Source: Spirochaetia bacterium
GTDB taxonomy: Bacteria; Spirochaetota; Spirochaetia; SP-2023
Direction of reading: 5' to 3'
Length of the DNA: 64,000 nucleotides
Assembly: GCA_965263295.1 (NCBI GenBank)
Contig: OZ253665.1
Span: 1,408,001-1,472,000, forward strand
Shown here piece by piece: positions 9,937 to 21,047 of the stretch (position 1 is the stretch's first letter; each line of letters begins with the position of its first letter). The position numbers and the translations under genes were made by a program. Below the pieces are notes generated by a model. The model was not told where the DNA came from. It was given only the letters and a program-made list of their open reading frames with translations, and did not search any database.

Positions 9937-10722
9937 ATGTCTGAAGCAAGTAACGGAAGCCTGCAAGTCTGCCCGAAACAAACGGCCAGTGCTTTTTTCC
10001 TGCCCTCGCGGCGAAGAATCGGGGCTATTGTCCGCAAAGAGTGGCAAGAGATGCTTTACTCTCCCGTAGCCTACATTGTAATTGCTATATACCTGTTAAT
10101 CACAGGGGTCTTTATATTTTTTATTAATAACTTTTTTCTGTACGGAATTCTAAGTTTGGGCAGTTACTTTACCATTACTCCCTATATTCTGGCATTTTCT
10201 GTTTCGGCTTTGACCATGCGACTCCTTTCTGAAGAACGCCGCAGTGGAGCCATTGAAATCCTGGGGACGCTGCCGATTTCATCAATTGAAATCGTTCTGG
10301 GTAAATTCTTTTCCCTTTGGTTATTCTCCGGCCTGATGCTACTATTTACCTTAGGTTACCCAATTTCTTTCAGTACTCTCGGCAAACTTGATATCGGGTC
10401 TACCGTCGCCGGCTACATTGGCCAAATACTACTTTGTGGCGCCTTTGTCGCCATCGGTTTATTTGCTTCGTCCATTAGCAAAAATCCAATTAGCCCCTTT
10501 TTTATATCGTTTGTTATTACTTTTGTGCTATTATTTCTGGAATTTATACTGCGCGGCATGCCCGGCCAGTTTTCGTTGTTCTTGCGCAACTTGAGCGCAG
10601 GTTACCACTTGCAAAACTTTATTAATGGTATCGTGGACATCAGAGACATCGTATATTTTTTCTCAATTATGTTCCTAGGAGTCTATGGTTCCTGGTTAAA
10701 ACTCCATAGCCTGCGCCAGTAG
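9937..10722 (+). CDS. ABC-2 type permease (GldF-like)
   Basis: SPVAY, MRLLSEERRSGAIEIL, IVLGKF, GIVDIRDIVYF motifs; 6 TM segments. Confidence 0.88.
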   Translation: MSEASNGSLQVCPKQTASAFFLPSRRRIGAIVRKEWQEMLYSPVAYIVIAIYLLITGVFIFFINNFFLYGILSLGSYFTITPYILAFSVSALTMRLLSEERRSGAIEILGTLPISSIEIVLGKFFSLWLFSGLMLLFTLGYPISFSTLGKLDIGSTVAGYIGQILLCGAFVAIGLFASSISKNPISPFFISFVITFVLLFLEFILRGMPGQFSLFLRNLSAGYHLQNFINGIVDIRDIVYFFSIMFLGVYGSWLKLHSLRQ

Positions 10723-10774
10723 CCGGCCTCTTATTAGCCGCATCCTGCATTGATACTATACGAAGGAATTAACT

Positions 10775-13102
10775 ATGATTTCAAATCAATCTACTGCTTC
10801 CGGTAAAACTTCTTTTATACAAAAGTTACAGCTCAGGCCCAACAGTTACCAGGGACTGCGCTTCTGCCTGTATGCTGTATTAATATTGTTGCTCAACGCA
10901 GCCATCGCCTACTTTCCGTTGCGCGTCGACCTTACCGAGCAGCAGACCTACAGCCTGGCCCCGGCCTCCACGTCCACATTAGCCCAGCTTGAAGAACCCG
11001 TGACTATCCGTGCCTATCTTTCAAGCAATCTCCCTTCACGTTACAATATTTTATCTTCATTGTTGCGCGACCTGCTACAGAGCTACCGCAGTAATGCCAA
11101 GCGCGACATGTTCAGTTACTCGGTCAACTTGATCCACAGCGACGACAAGAGTGAAAAGACATTAAAACTGCAAAAGGAAGCCGAAAAATACGGAATTTAC
11201 CCCGTGCAGTTACAGGGAGTTGACGGCAACGAATTTAAAGCTGTCTCGGCCTACATCGGTCTAGTCATTACACAAGGCGAAAATCAGGAAATCCTTACTC
11301 CGTTACAGCCAGAAGACAATATTCAATATAAAATTACGGCTGCCCTGCAAAGAATGTCGCGCAAAGGAAGTGCCCTGTTATCAATGAGTCAGAACCTAAA
11401 AATCTACTACTATTTTTCGCCGCTAATTGCCCAGATTAATAACGGCAAATATTCCGAATTTCCGAATCGATTCCAACAAGTCATGGAGTCGACCAGAGAA
11501 CAGCTGTACGATCGCGTAGACAGTGAAGTTGTCGACCCCGACAAGCTGCCGCCCGGCCTACCAGAACCCGGCGAGCTCGACGACTTGCCCGAAACTGAGA
11601 TTACCGGTCCAGAGGGCAAATCACAAAAGGTTTACAGTGCCCTAGTCATCGATAGCGAAGGACGATATAAATCATACTCCTTGTTACAACTACAACCGAC
11701 CCTACAACTTGGCCCCGATGGCCTGAAGCAAAGCAATACCATCAACGTAATTGATCCACTGCAGCTTGAAGGTCAACTCTCAGAAATCGCTATCAGTAGT
11801 TTAGGCATTGCCCAAAATGTCGGCTATATCTCCGATCGCGAGACAGCCAGCTTTAACCCGCCCAGCCCACAGCAACCCGGCCAAGGGGCCAACCTTTACC
11901 AGTTTTCGCAAGACGCACGCGACTTGTACAATTTTGAACCTGTCAAACTAGACGAGGGCATCGGCAAAGATGTAAATATTCTAATGCTAGTGGACCCCAA
12001 GCAACAGCTCAGCGAATGGGATATCTACCAGATCGACCAGTTTGTCATGCGTGGTGGCCGCTTAATTGTAGCCATGGAGCCCTATCAAGTGATGCAAAAT
12101 CCCTATGGATATGGAGCCCAATTCATTCCCAACCTTAATATTGAGGGCGTGAAGAGCGATGATAATACTAATCCCCAATATACATTGATAGATCTTCTAA
12201 GGCACTATGGCATTGAGTATCAAAATGCAATGCTTTTCGACAAGCACAGTTTTATAAACCGAGGTCAGGATCGGCAGACGGGAGGCTACCAGGAAACTCA
12301 AGTCTATTATATTCCAGAAATTGACATGCAGTGGGGATCGGAACAGTCATTTATCAAGGGCTTGAAAAAATTATATAGCTATAACTCAGCGCCCTTAATC
12401 GCAGTAGAAGGCGACGATGATAGACAAGAGCCACTGGCACTTCTAAAAAGCAGCCCAGAGGCATGGACAGAAGACATGAGCGATGAAGCTAAAGATCCCA
12501 ATAACGTTATGCCACCCGCAGCTGATAAATTAAGCCAGCAGAGCCTGATTATGGCAACCCAAGGTCCGCTTACTAGTTTTTTTAAAGGCAAGGAAATCCC
12601 TAAAAAACCCGCACCGGAGGAAAAGGCTGAAAATTCTGAAGAGCAAGCGAACGAAGAAACAAATCAACAGTTAAGCCTTAGTGCTATTCAAGACGCCTTT
12701 ATAGCAGAGAGTGAACGCGGTCAAGTACTCGTCAGTGGGAGCTCATTAATCTTTGATGAACGACTACTCAGCGTGCCAACGAATAAAGCTCTGGCTCTAA
12801 ACCTCCTGGACTACATGGCGGGCAACATTGAGATGGCTGATCTTCGTGCCCGCAGTGGCGTGCCCAACTTTATTGACGACAAAATCGGCAATGGCCAAAA
12901 GAATGTAATCAAATGGTTCAACGTTCTGGGGCTGCCTTTTATGGTTGGCATTCTAGGACTACTGATGTTGATGAATTGGCGCCAACGCCAACTGCAACTG
13001 CGCAACCTGTTTGCCCAATTATCTCCAGCCCCTCTAGCAAACCAGACAACATCAGCCGCAGGAGCTGACATTTCACCAGGCAATGACTCGCAGAATAACT
13101 AA
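10775..13102 (+). CDS. GldG-like ABC transporter auxiliary protein
   Basis: RVDLTEQQTYSL, IDQFVMRGGRL, NKALALNLLDYM motifs; N- and C-terminal TM helices. Confidence 0.85.
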   Translation: MISNQSTASGKTSFIQKLQLRPNSYQGLRFCLYAVLILLLNAAIAYFPLRVDLTEQQTYSLAPASTSTLAQLEEPVTIRAYLSSNLPSRYNILSSLLRDLLQSYRSNAKRDMFSYSVNLIHSDDKSEKTLKLQKEAEKYGIYPVQLQGVDGNEFKAVSAYIGLVITQGENQEILTPLQPEDNIQYKITAALQRMSRKGSALLSMSQNLKIYYYFSPLIAQINNGKYSEFPNRFQQVMESTREQLYDRVDSEVVDPDKLPPGLPEPGELDDLPETEITGPEGKSQKVYSALVIDSEGRYKSYSLLQLQPTLQLGPDGLKQSNTINVIDPLQLEGQLSEIAISSLGIAQNVGYISDRETASFNPPSPQQPGQGANLYQFSQDARDLYNFEPVKLDEGIGKDVNILMLVDPKQQLSEWDIYQIDQFVMRGGRLIVAMEPYQVMQNPYGYGAQFIPNLNIEGVKSDDNTNPQYTLIDLLRHYGIEYQNAMLFDKHSFINRGQDRQTGGYQETQVYYIPEIDMQWGSEQSFIKGLKKLYSYNSAPLIAVEGDDDRQEPLALLKSSPEAWTEDMSDEAKDPNNVMPPAADKLSQQSLIMATQGPLTSFFKGKEIPKKPAPEEKAENSEEQANEETNQQLSLSAIQDAFIAESERGQVLVSGSSLIFDERLLSVPTNKALALNLLDYMAGNIEMADLRARSGVPNFIDDKIGNGQKNVIKWFNVLGLPFMVGILGLLMLMNWRQRQLQLRNLFAQLSPAPLANQTTSAAGADISPGNDSQNN

Positions 13103-13123
13103 GTGCGATTACGGAGAGTAATT

Positions 13124-14116
13124 ATGAAGACAAATAAAGAAAGCCAAGAACTTGTTATCAGAAGAACGATCACCCTCAAGCGCAATCAAGCCTGGGAACT
13201 GTTGATCCTGGCAAGCTTGATCGTATTGTTGTTGCTGTACATCATGCTGCGTTCTGCTGCGGGATTCAGTTATAAGCTGCCCAGTTTTAGCCCGATTGAT
13301 GAGACAGATATCCAGAGTATCCGCTGGAATCACAAAGGAAGTAGCGAGTTAAGTTTAGTCAAGGACGGCGCTGAATGGTACATTGGGGCCGCAAAATACC
13401 CGGCCAAGCAGAGTTATGTAGATACCTTGCTACAACAGCTCAGCCGGCCTGACCTGCAAGACTTAGTTTCCAAGTCAGGCAATTTACTGACTTTTGGCCT
13501 AAATAGCGAACAAGCATTTAAACTAGAGGCCTTTGGCGATAGCCGTTCTCTGCGCCTGTTTTACGTTGGCAAGAGTTCCAGCTCTGGCCGCTATTCTTTT
13601 GTGCGTCTTAGCGAAGATGACTCGCGAGTCTTTACTCTTTCAGAGAATCTGACAGCAATTCTAGAGAAAAGTATTGATGATCTGCGTGACCGCCTGGTGG
13701 TTAGCTTTGCCAGCGGTGAAATTGAAAAGTTACAAATTCGCGAACTCGAACTAGAAGATCAGGAAGACACCAAAACTGTTTTTGTGGAAAAGAAAGATGG
13801 CAAGTGGCAGATTCCAGGAGATGTGACCTGGAATGAAGAGGAGATTGAGCGACTAGTGAACCGTTTTGCTGGCATGAACGCTCAAAATTTTATTCCTGAG
13901 TTTCCCAAAAATCTCGAAAAGAAAGTTTATGAACTTAAGTTCATTGCCAAAGGCGGAGTCAATTATACAATAGAAATTGCGACAAAGCCTTTGGATAAAG
14001 ACCAAGGTTATGCTGCAAAGTCTTCTTCTTATGACTTTCCTTTTACATTGAATAATTATACCGTAGAAAGTATGCTAGAAGATTTTGGCTTCATGAAAGA
14101 AGATCAAGAATCATAG
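13124..14116 (+). CDS. DUF4340 domain membrane-anchored protein
   Basis: N-terminal TM, FGL motif and LRDR motif; usual fourth gene of GldAFG-like clusters. Confidence 0.7.
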   Translation: MKTNKESQELVIRRTITLKRNQAWELLILASLIVLLLLYIMLRSAAGFSYKLPSFSPIDETDIQSIRWNHKGSSELSLVKDGAEWYIGAAKYPAKQSYVDTLLQQLSRPDLQDLVSKSGNLLTFGLNSEQAFKLEAFGDSRSLRLFYVGKSSSSGRYSFVRLSEDDSRVFTLSENLTAILEKSIDDLRDRLVVSFASGEIEKLQIRELELEDQEDTKTVFVEKKDGKWQIPGDVTWNEEEIERLVNRFAGMNAQNFIPEFPKNLEKKVYELKFIAKGGVNYTIEIATKPLDKDQGYAAKSSSYDFPFTLNNYTVESMLEDFGFMKEDQES

Positions 14117-14211
14117 TTATTTATCCACCACTGTAAATGGGAGCTGGAGACAAACCATAGTAAAAAACCAGCTCTCAATTCTCATTTCTATGGCTAGATT
14201 GTAGTAGGTTT

Positions 14212-14712
14212 TTATTTTTGCGACTTTAGCTGTTTGCGCAAATTATCAATAGGCATGCTGAAGAAGTCCATATCAATCTTTTCACCCAACATGCGACAAT
14301 GACCATTAATCTGAGCACCATTCTGTATGGAAAGCTCCTTGGTAACAATATCGCCAATAACTTTACAATCGTTGCGCAGTAAGCTTTTGCCGTGCACCTG
14401 AATGTTGCCGAAAACCTGGCCATAACAGTCTAACAGCTGGCAATGGATGTCACCGTGAACTTCGCCATTCTTACGTAACTCTAGATTTCCTTCTTTGGCT
14501 AGAATTGATCCTTCTAATTTACCGGCAAAGTATAGGCTGCCAGAAAACTCTAACTCACCCTGAATTTCAGCTCCTTCAGCCACTCTGGAAGCACCGGGAC
14601 TCTGTACTCCCGAATCAGGCCCAGACAAACTGGAAGCCGCTGTAAGAGTGGAGCTAAAGGCTTCGACAATTTTGCCTTTTGGCAACGAACTGCTGATACT
14701 AAACTTTGCCAT
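14212..14712 (-). CDS. Bactofilin (polymer-forming cytoskeletal protein)
   Basis: Beta-helix repeats IQGELEF, GKLEGSI, GEVHGDI, VFGNI, VIGDI, INGHCRM. Confidence 0.88.
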   Translation of the reverse strand: MAKFSISSSLPKGKIVEAFSSTLTAASSLSGPDSGVQSPGASRVAEGAEIQGELEFSGSLYFAGKLEGSILAKEGNLELRKNGEVHGDIHCQLLDCYGQVFGNIQVHGKSLLRNDCKVIGDIVTKELSIQNGAQINGHCRMLGEKIDMDFFSMPIDNLRKQLKSQK

Positions 14713-14835
14713 ATATTTCGCTCACTTATTTAGATAAATAAAAATACATTCGCCTTACTGCTTGCGGAAACTTTGCAGCTCGCTTTGTCCACAATGCAGA
14801 ATGAAATAAGACTATTTATTATATTCAATATTTGA

Positions 14836-15171
14836 CTATTTAATTACTACATCACCCGAATGGACAATGGGCCAAGCCAATTGCTTCAACTCTTTACCTG
14901 CACGAAATAAGGGGACACCATGACTCTCTACAGATGTAATTTCTCCAGTTCGAGGGTTGCGTGCTTTATCCTTGCCTTTGCGCGTACGCACTTCAAAGGT
15001 ACCAAAACCACGGAGCTCAATTACTTTATCTTCCTCTAATGCACCTTTAACTTCGTCAAAGAACTGATCCAGAATCAACTTGATATCCTTACGATCTAAG
15101 CGTACCTGATTCTTCAGCTCTTCTTGGATCTGACCAACTAGCTCCGCCTTGGTTACTTTCTCTCTTTTCAT
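14836..15171 (-). CDS. hbb: HU/IHF family DNA-binding protein (spirochaete Hbb type)
   Basis: TKAELV, IELRGFGTFEVR, ARNPRTGE, FRAGKELK; lies directly downstream of rpsT. Confidence 0.9.
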   Translation of the reverse strand: MKREKVTKAELVGQIQEELKNQVRLDRKDIKLILDQFFDEVKGALEEDKVIELRGFGTFEVRTRKGKDKARNPRTGEITSVESHGVPLFRAGKELKQLAWPIVHSGDVVIK

Positions 15172-15213
15172 CTGAGACCTTCCTCCAATTGTACCCTACC
15201 TATGATTTGTCAC

Positions 15214-15489
15214 CTAATGGTCAGCGTAGACTAGAGCATTTAATTTCTTGGCCAAACCAGACTTTTTACGGGCAGAAGTATTGGGATGATAAACATTTTT
15301 CCCAGCGGCCGTATCAATCAACTTGACAAACTGCTGAAAGCGCTCTTGAGCGCTTTCTTTATCTCCATTTTTAAGTGCTGCCTCAAAGGCACGAATACTA
15401 GTTCGCACACGACTACGGGTTGCGCGATTAAGACAGCGACGCGTTAGGCTCTGTTTATGACGTTTCTTTGCATTCAATGAATTAGGCAA
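15214..15489 (-). CDS. rpsT: 30S ribosomal protein S20
   Basis: AKKRHKQS...NR..RSRVRT, IDTAAGKNVYHPNTSARKKS; TTG start with GGAG RBS. Confidence 0.95.
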   Translation of the reverse strand: MPNSLNAKKRHKQSLTRRCLNRATRSRVRTSIRAFEAALKNGDKESAQERFQQFVKLIDTAAGKNVYHPNTSARKKSGLAKKLNALVYADH

Positions 15490-15559
15490 AATAAGCTCCT
15501 TTATCTACTGCAGCAAAGAGGGCTGCTGCAGCACTCAAAATATTCTTTGTGTGATTTAA

Positions 15560-15730
15560 TTAGAAGAAATCACTGGGACGACGTTCCCGCTGCTTGCAGG
15601 ATTGACACTCGGCATAATGCCTTATTTTTCCCGCAGTAAAAACCGACTTGATCTTGATTTCACCACCGCAGGAATGTAGGATTTTTTTTGTTGCCAAACC
15701 TGTACGAGCATTTTTACTTTGCTGTGCCAT
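15560..15730 (-). CDS. Small basic zinc-ribbon protein (HxC...CxxC)
   Basis: MAQQSKNART...HSCGGEI...ECQSCKQRERRPSDFF; AGGGG RBS; promoter-like sequence upstream. Confidence 0.75.
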   Translation of the reverse strand: MAQQSKNARTGLATKKILHSCGGEIKIKSVFTAGKIRHYAECQSCKQRERRPSDFF

Positions 15731-15812
15731 ACCAAATTCCCCTTTTCTGTTGCACAAAGTCTCTTATCTATTAGAACTAGAAAACTTTGCAGATGTCAAA
15801 TAACGGAGGGAA

Positions 15813-15841
15813 AATATATCAAGCCGGAAAGAAACTGTCAA
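15813..15841 (-). promoter_or_regulatory. sigma70 promoter for the small ORF-rpsT-hbb unit
   Basis: TTGACA-N17-TATATT on the minus strand. Confidence 0.65.
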
Positions 15842-16045
15842 TATAGTTTTAGCGAGATTAGACGAACTCTAATCCTAGTTTATTTATCAAGTTATCAGTA
15901 CGTGAAAGTAGAAATTCTAACGAGAATGTAAACACAAAGTAATATGGAACCGGGCGAAGCTAAGCCGGCTCGATAAAATGACAATAAATGGCGTTATAAC
16001 AGCCTTTTTGGGGGGCTAATTTATGTTTTGAAAACACAAAGTTGA

Positions 16046-18670
16046 TTACGCCATCTCTTCTGAACTTTTAGACAGTTCCGGCAGCAGGAACTGCAGAGCC
16101 TCAATCACCGACTGAAAATAATGAAACTGCATAGATTCAAGAATCTGCTCAGGCAGTTTCTCGGTATCACGCTTATTCTTTTTGGGCAGCAAGACCTGAC
16201 GAAAGCCCTGACGATGAGCAGCTAGAACTTTTTCGCGAATACCGCCAACAGGCAGTAATTGGTCCGTCAAGGTAACTTCACCTGTCATCGCTACGTCTTT
16301 GCGCACCGGTCGTCCGGAAAGGGCAGAAAGCATAGCTGCAGCAATTGTAATACCAGCAGAAGGTCCATCTTTTGGAATTGCGCCTTCCGGCACATGGATG
16401 TGCAAGTTTTGATCATCCAGATTCTCTTCGGTGACGCCATAAGTTACAAAAAGCTGCTGTATTAGGCTATAGGCAATTTGGGCACTTTCTTTCATCACTT
16501 CGCCCAACTTACCGGTCAAGGTTAGAGAGCCCGATCCGCGTACTTGAAGAACTTCGACCGGCAGTAAGCGCCCCCCTACCGAAGTCCAGGCAAGCCCCTG
16601 GGCAAAGCCCTTGATTGAGTTTTCCTGCATCTGTTCATAGGGGTCATAAGGAGGAGTACCCAAATACTTGTGTAGCATTTCCGTGGTAACCTCCCACCTA
16701 TGCCCAACAAGCACAGAGGACCAGGAATCAGGGCTGTTATAATCAATACGACTCAGCTCCTGACTCTGATGCAGGAAAGCACTATTGCGGGCGTAAGAGC
16801 CTGGGCGAGTTTCCTGCTCGCGTAAAAACGCGCGCACCAGTTTACGAATCAGTTTAGCGATAAAACGCTCCAGGGTACGCACGCCCGATTCCATCGTATA
16901 TTCGCTGATCAACAGAGACAAAGTTTCATCCGACATCTCTAGGTGGCAATCGGTAATACCGTTTTCCTGTAACTGCTTAATTACCAGGTGCTTGCGTGCA
17001 ATATTGAGCTTGTCGTAAATAGTGTAACCCGGAATTTCAATGACTTCCATACGATCCAGCAAGGGCAGCCCGATTTCGTCCAGGTCATTGGCCGTCATTA
17101 TGAACAAAGCCTTAGACAAATCGTAAGGCAATTCAAGATAATGGTCGGTGAATGAATGATTTTGCTCCGGGTCCAAAACTTCTAGTAGTGCCGAAGCCGG
17201 ATCGCCGCGAAAATCACTGCTGACTTTGTCAATTTCATCAAGTAGAATCACGGGATTGCAGGTTTGAGCCCGGCGGAAAGCCTGAATAATTTTTCCGGGC
17301 AAAGCGCCGACATAAGTACGACGATGGCCACGGATTTCAGCCTCATCGCGCAGCCCCCCTAAGGCAATACGCACAAATTTACGATTTAAGGTCTTGGCGA
17401 TTGATTCTCCCAGCGAGGTCTTACCTGTCCCTGGCGGTCCTGCCAGACAAAGGATAGGACCGCGTAGGCGGTTTTCTCGCCGCGCAGCCACGCCGCCTCC
17501 TGCTGCCGGCAATTTTGCATGTTCAGCCACTTGCTGATCCAACTTTTCCTGACCGACTTGCAAGCCGCGAACAGCCAAATAATCAAGGATACGCTCCTTG
17601 GCCTCTTCTAGGCCATAGTGCTCACTGTCGAGTATCGCCTGGGCACCCATGATATCAATCCGGTCTTCGGTCACATGTTGCCAGGGCAATTCATCAACTA
17701 ACTCCAAGTAAGCACGCAGGATACCAGATTCCGGCGAAGCCGCTTGCAGGTGCTGCAAACGCCGGAGTTCGCGTTGAACTTTGTCTTTCACAACCTGAGG
17801 TAGCTGCTTGCCGATTAAACGGCGTTCCAGCTCACGACTGCCAGTCGGATCATCCTCTTCGCACCCAAGTTCACGCTGTATTTCCCTCATCTGCTCTTGC
17901 AAAATGAACTCTTTTTGGTTCTGATCGAGACGACTGCGCACCTTCTTAGTTAAAGTCTCTTTTACCTGTACCACTTCTTGCTCAATACCTAGGGTAACGA
18001 CCAGTTCTTCAAGGTGTGGCAGAGAGCCCAAGTGTTCCAAGAAATACAACTTCTGACTGCGCGGCATCTTTACATGACTACAAACCAATGACATCAGCAC
18101 CAGCGGGTCATGGGCATCGCTAACCAACTTCAGCAATTTGTGCGGCAGCTGGCCATTAGTGCGCATATACTCAGAAAAAGCCTCTTTTATGACCATTGAT
18201 ATGGTCGCAAAAGCTTTTTTCTCCTGCAGTTTTTCTTTTCTTTGTTCAACTCCTGAGGCGAAATTACTGGTGGCCACTTTGAAGTTAGCCATTTGGGCAC
18301 CAGAGCCGCTACTGTGAACTTCTAGAAGCTTGGCGGTGACCACCCCTTCGACAGCAATGCGCACCGAATTGTCCGGATAACGCATGAAATTATTCATGTG
18401 GCAAAGCGTGGCTACCGGAGCCAGCTCTCCAAGAGAATATCCACTGTGGGCTTTTTCTCCTTTGTAGCAAAGCAGAATATTGTGGTCCTTGGCCAGGGCG
18501 CGTTCAATAGCGGCGCGAGACTCTGGCTTGCCCACAACCAAGTCGCCCTTGGTATAAGGGAAGAGGACAGGCTCATAAATAGGCAAATAAGGCAACTTGC
18601 CGGAACTGGCACGCGCTATGTCACCCCTAGCTGTGTTAGGAGGCGAATTTCTGCTGAGTTTTAATTTCAT
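16046..18670 (-). CDS. lon: ATP-dependent Lon protease
   Basis: LON N domain, [28 protein letters not shown], catalytic [16 protein letters not shown]. Start set at ATG 18670 to limit the overlap with clpX. Confidence 0.96.
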   Translation of the reverse strand: MKLKLSRNSPPNTARGDIARASSGKLPYLPIYEPVLFPYTKGDLVVGKPESRAAIERALAKDHNILLCYKGEKAHSGYSLGELAPVATLCHMNNFMRYPDNSVRIAVEGVVTAKLLEVHSSGSGAQMANFKVATSNFASGVEQRKEKLQEKKAFATISMVIKEAFSEYMRTNGQLPHKLLKLVSDAHDPLVLMSLVCSHVKMPRSQKLYFLEHLGSLPHLEELVVTLGIEQEVVQVKETLTKKVRSRLDQNQKEFILQEQMREIQRELGCEEDDPTGSRELERRLIGKQLPQVVKDKVQRELRRLQHLQAASPESGILRAYLELVDELPWQHVTEDRIDIMGAQAILDSEHYGLEEAKERILDYLAVRGLQVGQEKLDQQVAEHAKLPAAGGGVAARRENRLRGPILCLAGPPGTGKTSLGESIAKTLNRKFVRIALGGLRDEAEIRGHRRTYVGALPGKIIQAFRRAQTCNPVILLDEIDKVSSDFRGDPASALLEVLDPEQNHSFTDHYLELPYDLSKALFIMTANDLDEIGLPLLDRMEVIEIPGYTIYDKLNIARKHLVIKQLQENGITDCHLEMSDETLSLLISEYTMESGVRTLERFIAKLIRKLVRAFLREQETRPGSYARNSAFLHQSQELSRIDYNSPDSWSSVLVGHRWEVTTEMLHKYLGTPPYDPYEQMQENSIKGFAQGLAWTSVGGRLLPVEVLQVRGSGSLTLTGKLGEVMKESAQIAYSLIQQLFVTYGVTEENLDDQNLHIHVPEGAIPKDGPSAGITIAAAMLSALSGRPVRKDVAMTGEVTLTDQLLPVGGIREKVLAAHRQGFRQVLLPKKNKRDTEKLPEQILESMQFHYFQSVIEALQFLLPELSKSSEEMA

Positions 18671-19973
18671 ATAATTTCTTCGGCCATGCGGCGATTTTTT
18701 CTTCAATATCATTGCCGAGCAGCACAGGCGACTGAACCCCAGCGTCATCGACCGCTTCCTCAGTCAAGACAGTGCACTTCTTGTTTTCAACCGATGGTAG
18801 CTCATACATGGCGTTCAGCAATCTGTTCTCCAAAATTGAGCGCAGTCCCCGGGCCCCGGTACCGCAAGCCAGGGCTTGACGGGCAATGGCGCGAATTGCG
18901 GCGTCTTCGACCTGCAAGTCGATTTCATCCATACTCATTAAGGCTGAAAACTGGCGCAAGACAGCATTCCTGGGCTCAGTCAAGATGCGTACCATATCTT
19001 CTTCATCGAGGTCATTCAGGGGAGAAGTCACGGGCAGGCGGCCAATAAACTCAGGTATCAAGCCAAATTTTACCAGATCTTCAGGGGCAACTTTATCCAT
19101 CAGATTATCGTGGATTTTGTGGTCACGACTTTCCAAGGCACCAAAACCAATCGGATTACAGGCCACACGACGCTCAATAATTTTATCGAGACCGACGAAG
19201 GCGCCCCCGCAGATGACCAGAATATTGGCGGTATCAATGCGCAGCATTTCTTGGTTCGGATGCTTGCGTCCACCCTGGGGTGGCACCGAAGCCACAGTAC
19301 CTTCAATTATCTTCAATAAAGCCTGCTGCACGCCTTCGCCTGAGACGTCGCGGGTAATAGAAACATTTTCTCCCTTCTTGGTAATCTTATCAATCTCGTC
19401 GATATAGATGATTCCGCGTTCGGCTGCAGCAATATTACCATTAGCCGCCTGGATCAACTTGAGCAAGATGTTCTCCACGTCCTCACCGACATAACCAGCC
19501 TCCGTCAAAGTGGTCGCGTCAGCAATGGCAAAGGGAACCCGCAACTTCTTCGCCAAGGTGCAGGCCAATAAAGTTTTGCCAGAGCCTGTGGGACCGATCA
19601 ATAGAATATTAGACTTTTCAAGCTCGACATCATCATCTGGAGCGTGACCTGTCTTAATGCGCTTGTAGTGATTGTAGACAGCTACGGACAAGACTCTTTT
19701 AGCATTTTCTTGACCAATCACATACTCGTCAAGGAATTCTTTGATTTCAATTGGGCTAGGTAATTCTTCATTGCTACCCTGAATTTCTTCACCTGTTTCC
19801 AGTACAAGCTCTTCATTGGCGTTGCGCTCTTCGTTGAGCAGGTGTACCCCCGCCATGATACAATTGTCACAAATATGTACGCCCGCCGGACCGGCAACCA
19901 AATGGTTCACCTCTTCCTTGCTGCGTCCACAAAATGAACAATGCAACTTGTCGCTATTTTTTTTTCTAGCCAT
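18636..19973 (-). CDS. clpX: ATP-dependent Clp protease ATP-binding subunit ClpX
   Basis: CSFCG zinc finger, [42 protein letters not shown] loop. Confidence 0.98.
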   Translation of the reverse strand: MARKKNSDKLHCSFCGRSKEEVNHLVAGPAGVHICDNCIMAGVHLLNEERNANEELVLETGEEIQGSNEELPSPIEIKEFLDEYVIGQENAKRVLSVAVYNHYKRIKTGHAPDDDVELEKSNILLIGPTGSGKTLLACTLAKKLRVPFAIADATTLTEAGYVGEDVENILLKLIQAANGNIAAAERGIIYIDEIDKITKKGENVSITRDVSGEGVQQALLKIIEGTVASVPPQGGRKHPNQEMLRIDTANILVICGGAFVGLDKIIERRVACNPIGFGALESRDHKIHDNLMDKVAPEDLVKFGLIPEFIGRLPVTSPLNDLDEEDMVRILTEPRNAVLRQFSALMSMDEIDLQVEDAAIRAIARQALACGTGARGLRSILENRLLNAMYELPSVENKKCTVLTEEAVDDAGVQSPVLLGNDIEEKIAAWPKKLYEIKTQQKFAS

Positions 19974-20088
19974 AATTATACCTTATTCAGAGTTTGCAGC
20001 CCCGCCTACAGCAAGGCCGGAAGGCTACTGACAAGCTTAGCAAACCGCTAAACCAGACGGCCCATATTCCCCCTAAAAAATTAATGGA

Positions 20089-20667
20089 TCAACGCTGCAT
20101 AACCTGGTCGACAATCCCGTACTCGACGGCTTCTTTGGCCGGTAAGTAGAAATCTCTGTCCATGTCCTTGGCGATGATTTCAGGCTCTTTGTCTGTATTT
20201 GCGGCGACATAACCAATCAGCAGATTTTTTAAGCGCACTATTTCTTTAGCCGTGATCGCCAAGTCACTCGATTGCCCTTCAGCGCCACCCCAGGGCTGGT
20301 GCAACATTACGCGGCTGGAAGGCAAAATAAAGCGCGAACCCTTTTCGCCAGCACTCAGGATAACAGCTGCCATTGAAGCCGCCTGACCGAGACAAAATGT
20401 CTGGACCTTGGGGCGGATATATCTAATAGTATCGTAAATAGCCAGCCCAGCTGTTACCGAACCTCCGGGCGAGTTAATATAGAGACTGATTTCTTTCTCT
20501 GGGTTCTGAGAGTCTAGAAACAACAACTGCGCGACAACGGCATCTGCTGATTCATCTTGTATTTGCCCCTGCAGGAAGACAATGCGGTCAATCAACAGGC
20601 GGGAATAAATATCGTAACCGCGTTCTACACCACCTTGTCGTTCAAAAATATTCGGTAAGTAGGGCAT
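20089..20667 (-). CDS. clpP: ATP-dependent Clp protease proteolytic subunit
   Basis: YDIYSRLL, YINSPGG, GQAASM (Ser), MLHQP (His), DRDFY (Asp). Real start is likely MPYLP at 20667. Confidence 0.97.
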   Translation of the reverse strand: MPYLPNIFERQGGVERGYDIYSRLLIDRIVFLQGQIQDESADAVVAQLLFLDSQNPEKEISLYINSPGGSVTAGLAIYDTIRYIRPKVQTFCLGQAASMAAVILSAGEKGSRFILPSSRVMLHQPWGGAEGQSSDLAITAKEIVRLKNLLIGYVAANTDKEPEIIAKDMDRDFYLPAKEAVEYGIVDQVMQR

Positions 20668-20698
20668 ATGCCATCCTTTTCTTTCAAGTTGTTTGTCA

Positions 20699-20750
20699 TT
20701 TATCCGTTCCTGCAGAGCGTTTTGAGGCCCACTCTGCAGGAACGGATAAA
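20699..20750. repeat. Perfect 19-bp inverted repeat upstream of clpP
   Basis: TTTATCCGTTCCTGCAGAG-N14-CTCTGCAGGAACGGATAAA. Confidence 0.9.
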
Positions 20751-21047
20751 AAGCTGCCACGGTCAAAGCCGCAATGCTCCTTTTATTAGAAATAAAATCG
20801 CATTCCCAACATCGCATGTTTTGCTGAGCAAACTCTGTCTGTTTGCAAAAATGCTTACCAAAGATAGTTTCGAAAGCGCTGAGCGGCAAGGCTTATTTGC
20901 CACTAAAATTCTGGACTTTAGAGAATGTATGTCAAGGTAGGTCAAAGTGCGATTCCATCTGTGCCCAAATACATTTAGGCATCAGCTCTCCGATCTCACC
21001 CGTCCGTGTGCCCGCGCGACAAGTTCTGAACAAGCGCAATGCCCCCG

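Noticed and set aside
20668..20889. 74-aa N-terminal extension of ClpP in the ORF track (similar extensions for Lon, PcrA, MurI, FlaB)
   Set aside because: Not homologous to the family; better RBS-associated downstream starts exist
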